From NCBI GenBank assembly GCA_051530055.1, contig CM121342.1, forward strand, positions 8,279,412 to 8,343,411: DNA of 64,000 bases, in the 5' to 3' direction. This DNA is from Neoechinorhynchus agilis (lineage: Eukaryota > Animalia > Acanthocephala). Both the position numbers and the translations under genes were made by a program. Positions 59,147 to 64,000 of this stretch are shown piece after piece. A model generated the notes under the pieces. That model had not been told where the DNA came from and ran no database searches. It worked only from the letters and a program-made list of their open reading frames with translations. Each line of letters begins with the position of its first letter. Positions within the stretch are counted from its first letter, which is position 1.

Positions 59147-60962
59147 CAGGTTGAGCGAACCTCCTAACAAATTTTAAGAAAAATCCTTAAAAAATCAGGT
59201 ATTTTATAGCGCTCGCGAAACTCGCAATAATCCGAACACAATTGGTTCCATTTTATTTCCAACTTTGCAAGGAAATTTATTGAATAAATTTGGATTTTTC
59301 TTAAAAACCAAAAACACCAACGAAGGATGAGCAACCCAACAAAAAAAAAATCCTAAAATAGTATTAACAAACTAATAATCGAAAAATTGGTTTCCATTTT
59401 ATTTCCAACCTTTGCAAGGAAATTTATTGAATAAATTTGGATTTTTCTTAAAAAACTCGTAAAAAATCGTAGCCACACGAAGGATGAGCAAATCTCCTAA
59501 CAAATTTTAAGAAAAATCCTTAAAAAATCAGGTATTTTATAGCGCTCGCGAAACTCGCAATAATCCGAACACAATTGGTTTCCATTTTATTTCCAACTTT
59601 TGCCAAGGAAATTTATTGAATAAATTTGGATTTTTCTTAAAAAACTCGTCAAAAATCGAAGCCAAACGAAGGATGAGCAAATCTCCTAACAAATTTTAAG
59701 AAAAATCCTTAAAAAATCAGGTATTGTATAGCGCTCGCGAAACTCGCAATAATCCGAACACAATTGGTTTCCATTTTATTTCCAACCTTTGCAAGGAAAT
59801 TTATTGAATAAATTTGGATTTTCTTTAAAAAAACTCGTAAAAAATCGTAGCCACACGAAGGATGAGCAAATCTCCTAACAAATTTTAAGAAAAATCCTTA
59901 AAAAATCAGGTATTTTATAGCGCTCGCGAAACTCGCAATAATCCGAACACAATTGGTTTCCATTTTATTTCCAACTTTTGCCAAGGAAATTTATTGAATA
60001 AATTTGGATTTTTCTTAAAAAACTCGTAAAAAATCGAGCCAAACGAAGGATGAGCAAATCTCCTAACAAATTTTAAGAAAAATCCTTAAAAAATCAGGTA
60101 TTGTATAGCGCTCGCGAAACTCGCAATAATCCGAACACAATTGGTTTCCATTTTATTTCCAACCTTTGCAAGGAAATTTATTGAATAAATTTGGATTTTT
60201 CTTAAAAAACTCGTAAAAAATCGTAGCCAAACGAAGGATGAGCAAATCTCCTAACAAATTTTAAGAAAACATTAAAAAATCAGGTATTGTATAGCGCTCG
60301 CGAAACTCGCAATAATCCGAACACAATTGGTTTCCATTTTATTTCCAACCTTTGCAAAATTTATTGAATAAATTTGGATTTTTCTTAAAAAAACTCGTAA
60401 AAAATCGTAGCCACACGAAGGATGAGCAAATCTCCTAACAAATTTTAAGAAAAATCCTTAAAAAATCAGGTATTTTATAGCGCTCGCGAAACTCGCAATA
60501 ATCCGAACACAATTGGTTTCCATTTTATTTCCAACTTTTGCCAAGGAAATTTATTGAATAAATTTGGATTTTTCTTAAAAAACTCGTCAAAAATCGAAGC
60601 CAAACGAAGGATGAGCAAATCTCCTAACAAATTTTAAGAAAAATCCTTAAAAAATCAGGTATTGTATAGCGCTCGCGAAACTCGCAATAATCCGAACACA
60701 ATTGGTTTCCATTTTATTTCCAACCTTTGCAAGGAAATTTATTGAATAAATTTGGATTTTTCTTAAAAAAACTCGTAAAAAATCGTAGCCACACGAAGGA
60801 TGAGCAAATCTCCTAACAAATTTTAAGAAAAATCCTAAAAAAATCAGGTATTTTATAGCGCTCGCGAAACTCGCAATAATCCGAACACAATTGGTTTCCA
60901 TTTTATTTCCAACTTTTGCCAAGGAAATTTATTGAATAAATTTCGATTTTTCTTAAAAAACC
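59147..60962. repeat. Satellite array A, 186-189-bp unit, about 9.5 copies
   Basis: gcgctcgcg recurs at 59209, 59542, 59731, 59920, 60108, 60294, 60480, 60669 and 60858. Confidence 0.97.
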
Positions 60963-61884
60963 TCGTTTTAAATCGCTTTTAAAATCTTTTTAAGAAGAAT
61001 CGATCAAAAACTGACAGGATGTCAGCTGAATGATTCAAGAGCGGTGGCACGAATGTTTGGTGTCAGACTTTAGGTTTCTCGGAACTTGAATTTTATTTTG
61101 AAATTAACCCGAACTAAACAAAATTCTCGAATGTTCACAATGAGGCTCGATTGAAGCGGAGCTTTCGTCGAACGAATTCGATAGATCTTTGATTACGTTT
61201 CTTTCGCATCAAGGATACTTGCGTGTTTTTCAATTGTACCGAATATCGATTGATTCTTTGTGGCTTTGTATAGATTTTCCAATTTGGTGAGAATTTTGGT
61301 TTTTGTTTGACCGTTCATTTCGTGGTTTTATATTTTGCCTTCAATTCGTCTCAATGTGTTTCGGAGTGTTCGGGACTTTTTTGCTTTCTTCATTTTAAAT
61401 GGTTTTCTCAGAACAATTATTGAGATTACCGGTTTAAAAAAATCATCGTAGTTCAAATATTCGGGTTCCGAATTCGATTTTATCACTTTTAATTCGGTTT
61501 CTTATAGTGTCAACTTCTCCGTATTGACGTTTCTATGAGACAGAAACTCTGAACTCTACCAACGTTCAATTTTGAACGCATAAGTTTACTTCATGGTTTT
61601 TTTTGTCACAATGAAAGTTTTCATTTAAAATGGACTTTAGACCAATTAATCTTGCAAAAGAACTGTAACATTTTTTATTTTGTGAAAAGTCCTTATATTT
61701 GGTTCAATAATAAATCTAATGAAGAAATTCGCTTTTATTTTATTAGTTTTATCTGATAGTCGCTGAAGAGAATAATTAGTCGAGAAACTTGAACTTGTGA
61801 TTCGATAGCAGTACGAATTTAGATTTTTGTAAATGATTTTACCGAATCATAATCAATCTTCGATACCAGTGGAAATCGCATTGA

Positions 61885-64000
61885 TGAAAATATTTAAAAA
61901 ATAGATGATTTTCCGATTATAAAACTTAATAGAACAATTTTTTGTTGATTTGCACTCCTTATTTTTTAAAGTGTTGAATATCATTCGAATGCTTAGATTT
62001 TTCAAACTTCATTGATCTCCTTTTTAACCAGAAATCTGTTAAAATCATTGAAGGTGCATCGGAGAAAATATTTAAAAAAATAGATGATTTTCCGATTATA
62101 AAACTTAATAGAACAATTTTTTGTTGATTTGCACTCCTTATTTTTTAAAGTGTTGAATATCATTCGAATGCTTAGATTTTTCAAACTTCATTGATCTCCT
62201 TTTTAACCAGAAATCTGTTAAAATCATTGAAGGCGCATCGGAAAATATTTAAAAAAATAGATGATTTCCGATTATAAAACTTAATGAACAATTTTTTGTT
62301 GATTTGCACTCTTATTTTTTAAAGTGTTGAATATCATTCGAATGCTTAGATTTTTCAAACTTCATTGATCTCCTTTTTAACCAGAAATCTGTTAAAATCA
62401 TTGAAGGGCTCGGAGAAAATATTTAAAAAAATAGATGATTTTCCGATTATAAAACTTAATAGAACAATTTTTTGTTGATTTGCACTCCTTATTTTTTAAA
62501 GTGTGGAATATCATTCGAATGCTTAGATTTTTCAAACTTCATTGATCTCCTTTTTAACAAAATCTGTTAAGATCATTGAAGGCGCATCGGAGAAAATATT
62601 TAAAATTAGATGATTTTCCGATTATAAAACTTAATAGAACAATTTTTTGTTGATTTCACTCCTTATTTTTTAAAGTGTTGAATATCATTCGAATGCTTAG
62701 ATTTTTCAAACTTCATTGATCTCCTTTTTAACCAGAAATCTGTTAAGATCATTGAAGGCGCATCGGAGAAAATATTTAAAAAAATAGATGATTTTCCGAT
62801 TATAAAACTTAATAGAACAATTTTTTGTTGATTTGCACTCCTTATTTTTTAAAGTGTTGAATATCATTCGAATGCTTAGATTTTTCAAACTTCATTGATC
62901 TCCTTTTTAACCAGAAATCTGTTAAGATCATTGAAGGCGCATCGGAGAAAATATTTAAAAAAATAGATGATTTTCCGATTATAAAACTTAATAGAACAAT
63001 TTTTTGTTGATTTGCACTCCTTATTTTTTAAAGTGTTGAATATCATTCGAATGCTTAGATTTTTCAAACTTCATTGATCTCCTTTTTAACCAGAAATCTG
63101 TTAAGATCATTGAAGGCGCATCGGAGAAAATATTTAAAAAATTAGATGATTTTCCGATTATAAAACTTAATAGAACAATTTTTTGTTGATTTGCACTCCT
63201 TATTTTTTAAAGTGTGGAATATCATTCGAATGCTTAGATTTTTCAAACTTCATTGATCTCCTTTTTAACCAGAAATCTGTTAAGATCATTGAAGGCGCAT
63301 CGGAGAAAATATTTAAAAAATTAGATGATTTTCCGATTATAAAACTTAATAGAACAATTTTTTGTTGATTTGCACTCCTTATTTTTTAAAGTGTGGAATA
63401 TCATTCGAATGCTTAGATTTTTCAAACTTCATTGATCTCCTTTTTAACCAGAAATCTGTTAAGATCATTGAAGGCGCATCGGAGAAAATATTTAAAAAAA
63501 TAGATGATTTTCCGATTATAAAACTTAATAGAACAATTTTTTGTTGATTTGCACTCCTTATTTTTTAAAGTGTGGAATATCATTCGAATGCTTAGATTTT
63601 TCAAACTTCATTGATCTCCTTTTTAACCAGAAATCTGTTAAGATCATTGAAGGCGCATCGGAGAAAATATTTAAAAATTAGATGATTTTCCGATTATAAA
63701 ACTTAATAGAACTTTTTTGTTGATTTGCACTCCTTATTTTTTAAAGTGTGGAATATCATTCGAATGCTTAGATTTTTCAAACTTCATTGATCTCCTTTTT
63801 AACCAGAAATCTGTTAAGATCATTGGCATCGGAGAAATATTTAAAAAATTAGATGATTTTCCGATTATAAAACTTAATAGAACAATTTTTTGTTGATTTG
63901 CACTCCTTATTTTTTAAAGTGTTGAATATCATTCGAATGCTTAGATTTTTCAAACTTCATTGATCTCCTTTTTAACCAGAAATCTGTTAAGATCATTGAA
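61885..64000. repeat. Satellite array B, 179-bp unit, about 12 copies, running off the window end
   Basis: Identical spurious ORFs recur at 179-bp spacing (62706/62885, 63183/63362). No similarity to array A seen. Confidence 0.97.

Noticed and set aside
59147-64000. CRISPR-like array or repeated small genes (MKNLSIRM..., MLICTPYF..., MAKVGNK...)
   Set aside because: Units are 179-189 bp head-to-tail with no unique spacers and no cas genes, in a eukaryotic context; the ORFs are satellite artefacts.
59000-64000. Telomere or subtelomere assignment
   Set aside because: No telomeric repeat tract is visible in the window.

Overview
This is eukaryotic, almost certainly animal, nuclear DNA from a compact genome. 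It has a PDZ-containing myosin-18, TMEM126 and FAM114, short GT-AG introns of 45-231 nt, and a divergent rRNA. I cannot assign the taxon from sequence alone. The window has four zones. (1) 1-13.4 kb is a pile of nested, decayed retroelements: a Jockey/L2-type LINE, an RTE interrupted by a complete 3.8-kb Mag-like Gypsy element with TATTC target-site duplication, a Penelope interrupted by a solo LTR with CCGGG duplication, a fold-back element and a CRE tail. (2) 13.7-38 kb holds two orphan secreted-looking genes (one a 1429-aa mucin-like protein with ten ~70-aa repeats) and four intact tRNA genes (Asp, Gly, Lys, Ala). These are packed among Penelope, CRE, RTE and Jockey/I-type LINE remnants and a 5.8S-ITS2-28S rDNA fragment. 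(3) 38.7-58.7 kb is a TE-poor housekeeping block: TMEM126, TIMM10, MYO18A-like, CCNK, DTD1, FAM114A-like, MRPL54. (4) 59-64 kb contains two different satellite arrays (about 188-bp and 179-bp units). Strongest leads: a 4.9-kb pre-rRNA+LINE chimera bracketed by an exact 29-bp direct repeat; a Gypsy element whose primer-binding site is complementary to its own LTR (self-priming candidate outside the Tf1 group); and a tRNA-Ala gene fused directly to a CRE 3' tail (SINE-like architecture). All coordinates were read by eye; element boundaries without TSDs are approximate.
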